A stretch of DNA of 32,829 bases from Bacteriovoracaceae bacterium (GCA_049599895.1 JBMYPC010000017.1:1-32829), one strand, 5' to 3'; positions 18,801 to 28,030 are shown, counted from the stretch's first letter. Notes: generated by a model not told the origin, from the letters alone. Made by a program: numbers and translations.

Positions 18801-20957
18801 AGCGGCTGACTTTAAGAGCTTAATGTTATTCCCACCTGCTCCAATCCCTGCTCCGTATTCTGCAGCAGAGATGTTCTCAACTTGAAACTTAGGGTTCAGG
18901 TTTGAAGATGGGGAAGGAGTGATTCTTGTGAGGTTCTTTGGACTTCGATCAAGAATATAATCAATTTCTAGACAGTCACTAGTATAAGCTCCTGCTCCAA
19001 TTGTCACAGTTTCGATAAAATAAAAATAATATTGATCGTCAGGATCAAGCCCTCCAGGATAACTTCCACCAGCTGGATTAAAAGTAATATTTTCGCTTAA
19101 TGCTGTTGTTGTCGTATAGGTATGATCAACACCACCAACACAACCATTGGCAAGTTGAGCTGTTTGAACATAAATATCAATTCTTGAGTTATCAAGAGTG
19201 TTTGAGACTGTAAAAACTGGTTGAGAGTTTGTACTGATCCTTGTTTGGGTTGGACCATAGTTAACGCTAAAGTTTGTTCCCGTAATCTCATAGCTCACGC
19301 TATCAACAATAGGTGTACAGTCTGATTCTTGAGTTTCTCCAGCATCGAGAAATTGAGTTAATGAAAAGTTTCGTCTTCCTCCAACTCCAACTGCTTGGGG
19401 CTTTAGAATTGAAACGATCACATTATTTCCAGAGACTGCTGAAGTATAGTCAACTCCTGAAGTCAGTCTGGTTGCTCCGTTACAATTTGTTGATTCAAAC
19501 ACGTTCACTTTATTTAGAGGTGAAATATTCGCGGCCACAAGTTTTGGGAATGGGTCTGAACTAAGGTTGGGGGTTGATGGATCAAGCCCTTCAAGGATCG
19601 GGGTTGTTTCAACTGTATAAGAAATAGGCCCTACACAAGTCGAATCAACTCCATTGATTTTTTGTCTGATATAAAAATTATAAGTTCCTTCTGGGTCGTC
19701 TACTAAGTCTTCTGTTGAGGTGATTGAAATGTTTCCACCTGTGTGTCCTACGGCCATGAGAACTTTAGCCTCAGAGTCAGCTTCACATTTATCAGCATCA
19801 CCGTCATCTTGGTATAAATAAACATCGGCATCACTATGAACATTTTCTGCTATAAATGCAGGGAGGAACTTTGAGTTTGTCGGGGTTTGATAGGACTTAT
19901 CAAGAGCAAAGTTCTTGGGAGCAGAGTCGAGAGTATAAATTAAAGGATTTTTTGAACAAGGAGATTCAAGCCCTGGACCAAAACCTGTTCCCGGTGTTTT
20001 TTCCTGGGTGAAATAGAAATTATAGACTTTGTCTTGAGTGAGAACTGTTTCATCAATGGCCATCTCACCTAATGTCGGGGCAATCGGGTGAGCAAGGTTG
20101 TCTGGGTCAAGGACGAGGTCTGGAGCTCCCGAACACGCGCTGTTTTGATAGAGAAAAACATCAGAATAGATTCCACCAACTTGGATGTGATTATTAATCT
20201 TAAATCGGATTTGATTTTTGTTATCTGTATTTGATTGTCCTGCAGAGAGATAAGGATCCAGTGGGGCAGAGTCAACGGTATAAATATCACTGGCATCTGA
20301 ACAAGGAATTTGTTCACCATTGATTTCTGTTGTTGCATAGAATTGATAAGCTCCATCTTCAAGAGTTTCCGCTAGTCCGAGAACTAAGCTTGCGCTTCCA
20401 TTAATGTCTGCAACTGCTGAACCTACTGAGCTGAGGCATAGGGGGTCTCGATAAAAGAATACAGGGACGCCACTTTGGCCACCGGTGACTGTAAGCCTTG
20501 GCCTTCTTTCAATATTAGTTGTAGGACCTGGAAACACTGTCGGGGGATTAAGAGTGTAACCATCAGAGAAGTTGTAAAGAACTGTTGTGGGAAGACATCC
20601 TGTTCTATTTCCTTCTCTGTCAGCAACGCGAATTTTGTAAGGATAGTTTCCGTTATTAACAAGAGCTGCTGAAGTTAAGAAGACTGAGCCTTTTGTCTTA
20701 ACAGTTTTAATGTCTCTCACTCTTTCACAGCGGCTACCAGAATAGAGAGTGACTTTTTGACCAATGAGAAGACTTCCGGTTACCTCAAAAACAGGTTTCT
20801 TAGAATCTGAGACTTGATAAAGTCTTAATGTATAATTTCCTTTAGGAGTTTGAGCGGCTTCTTTGGATTCTTTTTCTTGCAACGTGGGATTACAACTTAC
20901 GAGCACCGTAAGTAAACTTGCAATCAATAAATGGTTCCACGTTTTAAATAACAACAT
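9855..20957 (-). CDS. Giant repetitive surface lipoprotein / adhesin-like protein (~3700 aa): Ig-like repeats plus C-terminal FG-GAP beta-propeller
   Basis: Single ORF (track start TTG 20999). ATG 20957 gives MLLFKTWNHLLIASLLTVLVSC with lipobox. About 26 repeats by eye of P.F.V...LY....C...DG.Y.FY..Q...S.C....Y.LD..P. C-terminal FG-GAP motifs include FGHSVDV/IVIGAPG, FGSSL/LFVGAPG and FGLSVAV/LLVGA. Confidence 0.9.
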   Translation of the reverse strand: MLLFKTWNHLLIASLLTVLVSCNPTLQEKESKEAAQTPKGNYTLRLYQVSDSKKPVFEVTGSLLIGQKVTLYSGSRCERVRDIKTVKTKGSVFLTSAALVNNGNYPYKIRVADREGNRTGCLPTTVLYNFSDGYTLNPPTVFPGPTTNIERRPRLTVTGGQSGVPVFFYRDPLCLSSVGSAVADINGSASLVLGLAETLEDGAYQFYATTEINGEQIPCSDASDIYTVDSAPLDPYLSAGQSNTDNKNQIRFKINNHIQVGGIYSDVFLYQNSACSGAPDLVLDPDNLAHPIAPTLGEMAIDETVLTQDKVYNFYFTQEKTPGTGFGPGLESPCSKNPLIYTLDSAPKNFALDKSYQTPTNSKFLPAFIAENVHSDADVYLYQDDGDADKCEADSEAKVLMAVGHTGGNISITSTEDLVDDPEGTYNFYIRQKINGVDSTCVGPISYTVETTPILEGLDPSTPNLSSDPFPKLVAANISPLNKVNVFESTNCNGATRLTSGVDYTSAVSGNNVIVSILKPQAVGVGGRRNFSLTQFLDAGETQESDCTPIVDSVSYEITGTNFSVNYGPTQTRISTNSQPVFTVSNTLDNSRIDIYVQTAQLANGCVGGVDHTYTTTTALSENITFNPAGGSYPGGLDPDDQYYFYFIETVTIGAGAYTSDCLEIDYILDRSPKNLTRITPSPSSNLNPKFQVENISAAEYGAGIGAGGNNIKLLKSAAGTVVCIPGDSVAVKNESYDASTETLSFELDDGLITTEGDSRFFVYSTNNNADGVDDCSNYVDYRMEASPSLALAPETISPSNNLKPKVVLTGLVVDYDYEFFANGTCTGGAIKSGTIGGSTSAITEEIDLTATIAGVASTDNQNWPISARLKKGVAFTSNCVSVNYVFDAMPTSIQREASTPIRTSYDFNPKFVLNDLLVSTGTKTELHLYSDSSCTNEFLYDANNNGTLGEAADFENDQSQRTVTIDLKNGVAGNGGYTLPLADRVHTVYAKQVLGNFESRCSQVSETYEIDGAPTSLLTSTSGTISPDPHFGIEDTYNGATDVYLKVYDVSVTDTCSAGNLVTGAPLANIVGVDETFAFDHDLTSPTTPFKKSDSFEFRYAIVRDSDGLGVGVAPYYESDCTTTIHNYNFDAVIKNVEFESQIFVETNPYTWDNQGTNESISVINTTTPTLKFDNDFEGSTIGVYVYQYQDNADAAPGFPTTVDLKCAGTNVLEPSMPGGKYQIAQGSITSNGIYKVYVAQYKDQYNSNFDDCSSPLTFKVDGVSTQMRFATGTVSPSSKLNPSIEIIDIEDNNPAQKTGNFATVTAATNDQIAFQDTSATFLTATLGPGTYATPQALCTEVANQMSLASDPHADDNFTCSYNVSSERFNISSDGALFNILWSSATTNAEQLLGFSNAADDTGALTYTGDWALSDGVFEIDVTNNTIRVFDSVFTFEAVLASARYTTGANLATEIQTKLDAAAAAATSAYTFTVSFNELTGSFTISSGSGNFDILWSHVNSTAEEILGFNNIDDTGASSYSSDQHSPGFYKNIIGLYAISADNFTPGVDPVSDICENGTLISDWKRTDPNDPDTTTIGLEDVTNLTALTDNQNTTANDPLVGSEGTVFTKDGLYYIGLRIVSEDNSNYGTPERTEASLDASGTWNDADGRIPNNYGCLNQYLVYNIEATPTVADLQDTTIDSLTTNVARTGFDVTNTTSGSVASPNNSLRAYYTPGTPPTSFTSCDTAVITDSEGPSDIERIEDGTTLIRLDSGDRFPTDGQYTVYFKQFNSKRTSAVGTTVAVATDDFASDCIVDPNDPLGDIFTFTLDGKPKDISSSLSASFLGRDITFSNWDAGTNNIEVYYDPSGLQRCNGTMIENFTPAGVTGNSSSATITLSNLTDYVNLNDGEIRLFIDQAFYNGLTREYQSNCSEAVTWTIDGSLGLSFDGDASPLDQIYSDTDPSPEITVDATNLLGAGFDANNSIQVFKDNSCAGAPLVTIDNASTPTIAAVRGGASIELPVLAGDGIANYYIQQVYNGTNTYRSSCEGPYKYTLFYPQNNIVLNDNVKQWEPTVSITGLTTDIAITATLYKDSNCTVAADYVDGTNIITDGGGNDEDGDAGEIAETLYFTSDSFSHQVYVQLTGPGYASECLTNPTLIHSVNQRIINPSLSGSSDVDNNPTPSLYFENVISDASETMIQIYTKSGSTNCGTLVDQDSALRGGTTLTRALDYVGEPGLTEDGTYEFYFKQVHNLDADATHDANEYASNCSYEKVNYTLDGRPKNLGYATGTTATDNDTTPSFTMNNIYATNVVIAYKSLSDCNADLNRITTTRDSSTQFTVNAAGPNQIDEDRLYTLAFRQETAGGEYASTCSEEINYTLDRRPTGIALNANDDSYNPEIDVVGTIAGYTVELYTMDPDYTSTINITSTNKYLDFVDDGVDLQISIQETTYQSIETVCSTIATEMNLASNAASNNNTFTCTYNSKTNKVKLTSDGAALTLKWNTGAQSANSLASILMFSAATDDTGATSYVSDSYLKDGNGCDVVRGRNVSAGGTTKVKVADTDGDDDVDDASMLLPLDGTYTFFARQFDDANANGVRDEGEDISECTTVSYDHTFKRDLLSANFSFDGLPSASGQDVTPDVSLTGIVDDGKIELFYIDDPETAFDGFTDESGCPVAAVNISGGTIDLPAATTSIAAQTLSALSNADLDFIYPIYGYQTDDSGTYKSKCYKLGEYFLDIAPTFETAAPISPSHGKSHLFDLTVDNMVTGGTLELYYETCDKIAADASVAIAGASQQISVDLSTLADYSDNKSYRIYARQKFTDGSTYTSSCFNANSFNYNLKGAPKVSVINDVSPRSDVKPEVVLDEVIAGGTGVKIYLVEGSNDVCDNSKLVFDGNVNAVDSGDGTGTHTITELTNSIPNDGEYYLIATQEMDPGDGDTHSGCYRYGSPTKTLDSKLQVTITPNNYGVGNPTFDFVDSTVLENATSFSLYMGPSCQGTAIPYIEGTPLDISNLTFSSNHVVFSFKQHMDPTYPHQTVCSDDVVYDYNGLTLAVLSLNPGESLTPVIRVYNVAENEEAFIYSDSQCSSLMGKGIAGNLGYVDLISDPVEQDGIHNYYATKRRLDGTFTDCSKAFTTYTLDIGAAMTMALNASYSATDTQNAPQFDIGGVLENAEIKLYSDTNCSNLVGIGATAYGQTSITIQSAPLETNGSYTFRVKQRKAGFSSTCSHVFANYTYVNTPSSITLLDHSPSKNDQPTFRVKGTIAGATVNLYYKRTTNCEVPLGTAVVPAGKDFVDVTVDDLDLLAIPVVSPQTIEVYATHTIAAKTGSCSSAKASYSYDTTSEDWYLIHDTIGETQGTDLGRSIAMESGLTVVGEPGFASSGKSNQGKVTVYYNSAGDTIELREEITLSDAEAGDQFGHSVDVHFDAPNYFIVIGAPGKDLFTQGDDMGSVFVYKYHSTGGLTLLNSIYPSDSEADDRFGENVKIDQNGFAVAAPYRADNTGIVYYYENAGTEYNFLSEKSIPYPEANGEDALFGSVMQLDANRLILSSKEKEAFWIADLQTLPNATQYQLSTVNESDDFGSSLFMTGDHLFVGAPGHDNSNGRIYYYDLSDLDTAPVATDNDDTDNYQEFGLSVAVQSNGTDSLLVGAKEKGVETGVALLRETAADDFFRITPHSTGAESDVGHGVDVSSDGKTILISAPALESSVDSPSVYLYRTP

Positions 20958-20983
20958 AGTTTTTTTCTTAAACCCCAATTCTC

Positions 20984-21011
20984 TTTTCGGTAAAAACAAA
21001 ACAAGAATTTA
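20984..21011 (-). promoter_or_regulatory. Possible sigma28 (FliA)-type promoter of the giant gene
   Basis: TAAA-N16-ACCGAAAA versus consensus TAAA-N15-GCCGATAA; spacer is one nt long. Confidence 0.4.
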
Positions 21012-21165
21012 GGGCCTTAATTTCTTTAACCTTCTGATTTTATTCTAATTTAGGTAGGTGATAGCCGTGATTTTTATAAAATAACAATGACTTAGGAAAA
21101 CTTAGTGTTTGGGAAACGACGACTTTTTGAGGCAGAGCGCTCTCTGAAAGAGGAAGATTTTTCCT

Positions 21166-21831
21166 CTAAGCTGCTTGTTTCTTTGAGTTTTCTGAATTTG
21201 GCCCCTCTGAATCGTGGCCAGGAAATGAGATCACGTTACCCTCGTAATCAAGGTGAATAACTCCCTCCATTGGAGAGAGACTTAAGGCCTTGGCATAAGT
21301 GGTTTGCTTCTCAGCTTGAAACTTTTCAAAAACGATTTGTTGAACAGTTTGTGAAAAGGAAAAGACATCTGTGAGAGACTGAGCTGATTGTCTAAGATAG
21401 GGAAATGTAAATGAGAGAACAAAGCTCATCATTCCCAGTGACCAACTAATAGGAAACAGTCCAAAGGCCAATGTCTTTATCGAAGCTCGCATAAAACAGG
21501 TCTTTAAACCTATATTCTGAGAATGACGAGAGATCACTTTAAGTCCAAATAAATACTTTCCAATGGTCTTCCCATTTGAAATATAAAGTGAGGCCATGAA
21601 ATAGGTAAAATAGGTACAAATAAAAAAGAGTGGGAAAAGCTTAATATAGCTTGCAAGAACTTTTGTATGAATAACGGGATGCACTCCATAGAAAAGTAGC
21701 TTGCTTGTACTTGTGAGAGTGAAGAAACTTGCTTGAGCTAAGATGACAACACAAAGAAGATCAACAAGATAAGCATAGGCCCTAGGTCTTAGCATTTCTT
21801 TTGGTGTTAAATTCTTTGTTCTCTTTTTCAT
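21166..21831 (-). CDS. RDD family membrane protein
   Basis: RAYAYLVD, GKTIGKYLFGLKV, FMRA, QSLTDVFSFSQTV. Confidence 0.88.
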   Translation of the reverse strand: MKKRTKNLTPKEMLRPRAYAYLVDLLCVVILAQASFFTLTSTSKLLFYGVHPVIHTKVLASYIKLFPLFFICTYFTYFMASLYISNGKTIGKYLFGLKVISRHSQNIGLKTCFMRASIKTLAFGLFPISWSLGMMSFVLSFTFPYLRQSAQSLTDVFSFSQTVQQIVFEKFQAEKQTTYAKALSLSPMEGVIHLDYEGNVISFPGHDSEGPNSENSKKQAA

Positions 21832-21840
21832 GCCTTTAGC

Positions 21841-21867
21841 CTTTCGGCAATCAAAGACATTTACTGA
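21841..21867 (-). promoter_or_regulatory. Possible sigma28 (FliA)-type promoter of the RDD gene
   Basis: TCAG-N15-GCCGAAAG overlapping the mutS stop and ending 9 nt before the RDD ATG. Confidence 0.5.
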
Positions 21868-24566
21868 AGGCGAGATTGAATTTCGTGAATTTTATTCAAA
21901 GCTTCTAACGGGGTAATTTTATTAAGCTCAATTTCAGAAATTTGTCTTCTTAGTTGATTGTCGTGCTCAGCTTCTTTGAAAGTTTCAAGTTCTGTCTCTA
22001 CTTGAGGGTTCGAAGGAATATCAAAAAGGTCCATTTGCATTTCATTGTCAGAAGTTGCTTTTGACTTTTGTGTTTCAAGTTTCTTTAAAAGTGAGTTGGC
22101 CCTTGAAAGAAGTTTTGCTGGAAGACCAGCAAGTTTAGCGACATAGATTCCGTAAGACTCTGAGGCAGGAGCTTCGATTAAGTGATAGAGAAATTGAACA
22201 ACTCCTCGCTCAACTTTTGTTGCAACAGTCATATTGACTGCCCCTGGAAGTTGATCAACAACTTCAATGAGCTCATGATAATGAGTGGCAAATAAAGTCA
22301 TCGCCTGAATATTTGAAGCGATATGCTCTGTGAGGGACCAAGCAATACTCAGTCCATCATAAGTAGAAGTTCCACGTCCTACTTCATCTAACAGGATAAG
22401 AGAGTGCTCTGTGGCATGTCTTAGAATCTCTGCTGTTTCAGTCATTTCAACCATAAATGTCGAAAGACCTTGAGTGATATTGTCATTGGCCCCAAGACGA
22501 CTAAAAAGAAAATCACAAAGACTTAGCTTTGCATTTTGAGCAGGAACAAAAGATCCCATTTGGGCCATCAACTGAATGATTGCAATTTCTCTCATTACAG
22601 TTGTTTTACCGGCCATGTTAGGACCTGTGATGAGAGCGAAGAATTTATCTTCGTGAAGTTCAATACTGTGGTTGATAAACTCGTTACCATTGAATCTTTT
22701 AACCAGGGGATGCCAGGCGGATTCAAGTTCACATCTTTTTCCATCAACAATCAAAGGTTTTGTGAAGCCTTCTTTAATCGCAATGTCCGTAAAATTTGTA
22801 ATAACGTCTAAAAAGGCAATGTTCTCTGAAAGGAGTCGAATCGATATGAGTTCGTTTGTAACGTTTTCAACAACCTCATTAAAGATTTCTCTTTCAACTT
22901 TTGAAAGTTTGTCTTTTGCAAGAATGGTTTCATTTTCAACTGCTTTGAGCTCATCCGTAAGAAACCTTTCTGTGTTAGTAAGAGTTTGTTTTCTTACAAA
23001 CTTTTTAGGCATCTTATCAGATTGGCTCTTTGGAACTTCAATAAAGAAACCAGCCACATTATTCTTTTTAACTCTTAGCTTTAAGATTTTAGTTTCTGAG
23101 CGATAAGATTCTTCTAGTTTTAAGAGTTCGTCTTCTACATTTTGACTAAGGTTTGAAAGCTTGTCTCGTTTTCGACTATAACCTTTCTTAATAAGGTTAC
23201 CTTTATCTATCGAGGCACCTTGTTCATCATTAATCGTTTTTTCGATTAACTCAGATAAAGTCTTTAAACTCTTAAGGGCCTTAGGTGAAATTTGAAATTT
23301 ATCCCAAAGTTTAAACTTTTGTTCCTTATGAGAGGACTGAATCTCATCGTAAATGAGTATGGCCTCTTTTAAACAAAGAAGGTCATTTGAGTTGATCTTT
23401 TGAGTAGTGATTTTCGCAAGAATTCGATCAATGTCTTTTACCGCTAAAAACTTCTCTCTAATAAGCTCTCTTAGAGAATCCTCTGTTTTATAGAGCTCTA
23501 TAAGTTCTTGGCGGTTTTGAATCTCGTTTTTGTCATAAAGAGGTTTTGTTAAAAACTCAAAAAGCTTTCTTGATCCCATTGAGGTGCGAGTATGATCGAG
23601 GAAACCTAAAAGAGTATGTTTTTTATCTTTTAATTGTCTTGGAATAATCTCTAAACCAGAAAGAGTGGAAAAGCTAACCTGCATGAGCCCGGTCTGGTTT
23701 TTCATCTGAAAAGGTTTAAGGTGAACGATGTTTTCAAACTCTTGTTGGCTGGTAATATAAAAAGCCAGCGCACCAAGTGAAGGTTTGAGTTCTTCATGGT
23801 TCTTTAAAACTTTATCTCTACTAAAGTTTGGAAAGATCTTAGCGAGAAATGATTTTGAGTTTTGAAATTTAAAATAGTCTTCATGTATTTTTGAAAGAAG
23901 AATATTGGTCTTTGAAAGAAAGTCTTCAACTTTTGAAAAGCTTTTCCACTGTCCAAAGTAATGAATAAATTCTTTCGGAGCTAAAACTCTTAGAGCATCA
24001 ATGAAAGCTTCTTCTGTTTGTAGTTGAGTTGCCCAGAATTCTCCGGTTGTAAAATCAATTGCTGAAAGGGAAAAGCCTTTTTCACCATATGAAGCAGTCG
24101 CAATATAATGAGATTCACTTCCTTCGATATGATCAAGATCATAGGGCATTCCTGGAGAGACGATTTGTGTAACAGCCCGCTTAACAATTCCTTTCGCTTC
24201 TTTTGGATCTTCGATTTGTTCACAGATTGCAACTTTATGACCTTCACGAGTTATGCGATCGACGTAAATCTTTGCAGCATGGTGTGGGATTCCGGCCATG
24301 GGAATAGGAACGGCAACTCCATTGTCATCAAGTTTTCCTCTATGGGTTTGAGCAATGTTGAGAATTTTAGCAGCGAGTTTTGCGTCTTCAAAAAAGAGTT
24401 CATAAAAATCACCCATTCGAAAAAACACAAGTGTTTCAGGTAATTTCTTTTTCACTTCTACATATTGTTCCATCATAGGAGTGAGCTTGATGTTCTTTTT
24501 TATGATTTCTTTTAAGGTGTAATTGGCCGTAGGTGTAGCAGTTTGTGTGGAACTCTCTTGACGCAT
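21861..24566 (-). CDS. mutS: DNA mismatch repair protein MutS
   Basis: TPMMEQY, FFRMGDFYELFFEDA, ITGPNMAGKTT (Walker A), STFMVEM, LLDEVGRGTSTYDG, FATHYHEL. SD GGAGG. Confidence 0.98.
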   Translation of the reverse strand: MRQESSTQTATPTANYTLKEIIKKNIKLTPMMEQYVEVKKKLPETLVFFRMGDFYELFFEDAKLAAKILNIAQTHRGKLDDNGVAVPIPMAGIPHHAAKIYVDRITREGHKVAICEQIEDPKEAKGIVKRAVTQIVSPGMPYDLDHIEGSESHYIATASYGEKGFSLSAIDFTTGEFWATQLQTEEAFIDALRVLAPKEFIHYFGQWKSFSKVEDFLSKTNILLSKIHEDYFKFQNSKSFLAKIFPNFSRDKVLKNHEELKPSLGALAFYITSQQEFENIVHLKPFQMKNQTGLMQVSFSTLSGLEIIPRQLKDKKHTLLGFLDHTRTSMGSRKLFEFLTKPLYDKNEIQNRQELIELYKTEDSLRELIREKFLAVKDIDRILAKITTQKINSNDLLCLKEAILIYDEIQSSHKEQKFKLWDKFQISPKALKSLKTLSELIEKTINDEQGASIDKGNLIKKGYSRKRDKLSNLSQNVEDELLKLEESYRSETKILKLRVKKNNVAGFFIEVPKSQSDKMPKKFVRKQTLTNTERFLTDELKAVENETILAKDKLSKVEREIFNEVVENVTNELISIRLLSENIAFLDVITNFTDIAIKEGFTKPLIVDGKRCELESAWHPLVKRFNGNEFINHSIELHEDKFFALITGPNMAGKTTVMREIAIIQLMAQMGSFVPAQNAKLSLCDFLFSRLGANDNITQGLSTFMVEMTETAEILRHATEHSLILLDEVGRGTSTYDGLSIAWSLTEHIASNIQAMTLFATHYHELIEVVDQLPGAVNMTVATKVERGVVQFLYHLIEAPASESYGIYVAKLAGLPAKLLSRANSLLKKLETQKSKATSDNEMQMDLFDIPSNPQVETELETFKEAEHDNQLRRQISEIELNKITPLEALNKIHEIQSRLQ

Positions 24567-24614
24567 CTTGTGATAGCCTCCATCAATGGACTTTTGGGAA
24601 GTTTGAAGAGCAAA

Positions 24615-24643
24615 AATTTATCATTGCGATAACTCCGTGTAAA
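24615..24643 (-). promoter_or_regulatory. sigma70 promoter of mutS
   Basis: TTTACA-N17-TAAATT with extended TG motif (TGA-TAAATT). Confidence 0.55.
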
Positions 24644-24740
24644 GAAGTCAGTTATATTGCGACAATTTAAGTACTTGAAATTTGATGGGTGGAAAGGATG
24701 TTTTGCTAGTTATGAAACTCTAGTCGTGGCAAAATAGAGT

Positions 24741-25754
24741 ATGCTCAAGCAGAGACTTATAATTAGTATTTTCGTAGGACTTAATCTCTTCACCATCGGC
24801 TTTTCTGTTTTAAATAAAGATGATGGAAGGGCCCTTTATAAAAACGATGCGCCAGAAACAAAACCTGATGTTTCAAGCTTTTTAAACGAAATCAAATTTT
24901 ACACTTTAAAGAACTCCACGCCGACTCTTGAGTTAAAATCCAAGGAACTTATAAAGGATGAAAACACAGGCCTTCTTTCCTTTTTTGGTCCTGATGGAAT
25001 TGTCTATAACTCTAAAACTCCAAAGCAAAATATTTACTTCAGTGGAAGATTAGGCTTCTACTATCAAAAAGAGGCGATTCTTAAACTTCGCAATGACTCA
25101 AAGTTTAAGATTGATGAACTCAATCTTAGTTGTGACGAAGCGATCTATCATTCAGAGAAGGCCCGGGCCACATGCAAGCACAATGTGAAAACCGTAAGTC
25201 ATTCAGAGAAAACTGGAGATACTCTTAATATTAATTCCGATTGGATTGAGGCCTATCCTGAAAAAAACCTTGCGACTTATAAAGGAAAAGTTGAAGGGGA
25301 GCTTACTCGTAAAAAGCGCTACGAACATCCGGTTTATTTTAAATCCCAAGAGGCCAAGGTGAACCTTAATGATTCCCTAATTACCTTAAATGACGAAGTT
25401 TGGCTCAAAAGGCTCCAAGTTACTGGAACTGCGAACAAAGGTGAGATCTTTCTTGAGAACTATAATAAAAAGCTCAAGTATTTCACCCTAAATGACGATG
25501 TGAAATTGAAGGAAATTGTGAAACCCAAAGTTGGTGGGAAGCAGTATTTAAGGACTGCTGTATCCGAAAAACTTGAAGGCATTGTTAGTGAAAACCTTCT
25601 TGTTTTAACCGGATTTCCAAAGGTTTATCAATTTAAGGATATAATTAGAGGGAATCGTATCGTTCTAAGAAAGAACACCGAAGTTGTTGAAGTTGAAGAT
25701 GCGAATACCAGCTTTTTCTTAGACGAAGAAGAGACAGAAAAAGAAAAACAGTAA
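24741..25754 (+). CDS. lptC: LPS transport periplasmic protein, LptC-like N-terminus with LptA/OstA-like C-terminus (probable fusion)
   Basis: N-terminal TM anchor and repeated beta-jellyroll-type strands (ATYKGKV, ITLNDEV, LLVLTGFPKVYQFKDIIRGNRI). Directly upstream of lptB-rpoN-hpf. Confidence 0.75.
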   Translation: MLKQRLIISIFVGLNLFTIGFSVLNKDDGRALYKNDAPETKPDVSSFLNEIKFYTLKNSTPTLELKSKELIKDENTGLLSFFGPDGIVYNSKTPKQNIYFSGRLGFYYQKEAILKLRNDSKFKIDELNLSCDEAIYHSEKARATCKHNVKTVSHSEKTGDTLNINSDWIEAYPEKNLATYKGKVEGELTRKKRYEHPVYFKSQEAKVNLNDSLITLNDEVWLKRLQVTGTANKGEIFLENYNKKLKYFTLNDDVKLKEIVKPKVGGKQYLRTAVSEKLEGIVSENLLVLTGFPKVYQFKDIIRGNRIVLRKNTEVVEVEDANTSFFLDEEETEKEKQ

Positions 25755-25765
25755 AAGGATTTACT

Positions 25766-26539
25766 TTGCAAGAAGATAAAAATGAAAGCACGGAGAAGTT
25801 TTCAAGCACGACTCTTGAGCCAATTCTCGAGGCCACGGGATTAAGCAAATCTTATGGTGGAAGGAAAGTGGTAAAAGAAGTAAGCCTCAACGTTAAACAA
25901 GGCGAGGTGGTTGGACTTTTAGGTCCAAATGGTGCGGGAAAAACAACGAGCTTTTATATGATAGTGGGCTTAGTGAAAGCGGACAGCGGAGAGATTCGAA
26001 TCAATGAACTGGATCTTACAATGCTTCCCATTCATTTAAGAGCACACGAAGGATTAGGATATTTACCTCAAGAGGCAAGTGTTTTTAGAGACCTGTCAGT
26101 GGAGGATAATATACGAGCGGTTTTAGAGCTTAGGAAAATTCCAAACGCTACGAAAAACTCGCTCCTAGAAAGTTTGATCTCGGATTTTGGCTTAGAACAT
26201 ATTCGAAGATCAAAAGGATCTGCTCTCTCTGGTGGAGAGCGGCGAAGAGTGGAAATCGCAAGGACGCTGGCATTAGAGCCGAAGTTTATTTTACTGGATG
26301 AACCTTTTGCAGGAGTCGATCCTCTTGCAGTGAGTGACATTCAGGGGATAATAAAAAACTTAAAACATCGAGGAATAGGTGTTTTGATAACAGATCACAA
26401 CGTTAGGGAAACCCTTGGCATTGTTGATCGAGCCTACATTATGAACAATGGCGAACTCTTAGTTGATGGCAAGCCAGAGGATATTGTTCATGATGAAAGA
26501 GCACGGAAGTTCTACCTAGGTGAAGAATTTAGAATGTAA
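25766..26539 (+). CDS. lptB: LPS export ABC transporter ATP-binding protein
   Basis: GLLGPNGAGKTTSFYMIVG, YLPQEASVFR, LSGGERRRVEIAR, LLDEPFAGVDP, ITDHNVRETL, YLGEEF. Confidence 0.97.
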   Translation: MQEDKNESTEKFSSTTLEPILEATGLSKSYGGRKVVKEVSLNVKQGEVVGLLGPNGAGKTTSFYMIVGLVKADSGEIRINELDLTMLPIHLRAHEGLGYLPQEASVFRDLSVEDNIRAVLELRKIPNATKNSLLESLISDFGLEHIRRSKGSALSGGERRRVEIARTLALEPKFILLDEPFAGVDPLAVSDIQGIIKNLKHRGIGVLITDHNVRETLGIVDRAYIMNNGELLVDGKPEDIVHDERARKFYLGEEFRM

Positions 26540-26566
26540 GTTCGAAACTTCTTAAGGTATGAATTT

Positions 26567-28030
<1,464 letters not shown>

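Noticed and set aside
10034..20672. Many 60-100-aa ORFs inside the giant gene, and similar ones inside mutS, rpoN, aspS and clpA
   Set aside because: Alternative-frame or antisense shadows with no recognisable motifs.
21133..21166. Two short hairpins after the RDD gene (CAGAG/CTCTG, GAGGAA/TTCCTC)
   Set aside because: Stems are short and there is no U-tract on the minus strand, so a terminator cannot be supported.
24623..24666. ATTGCGA direct repeat and small dyads between mutS and lptC
   Set aside because: Too short to separate from chance and no known operator was recognised.
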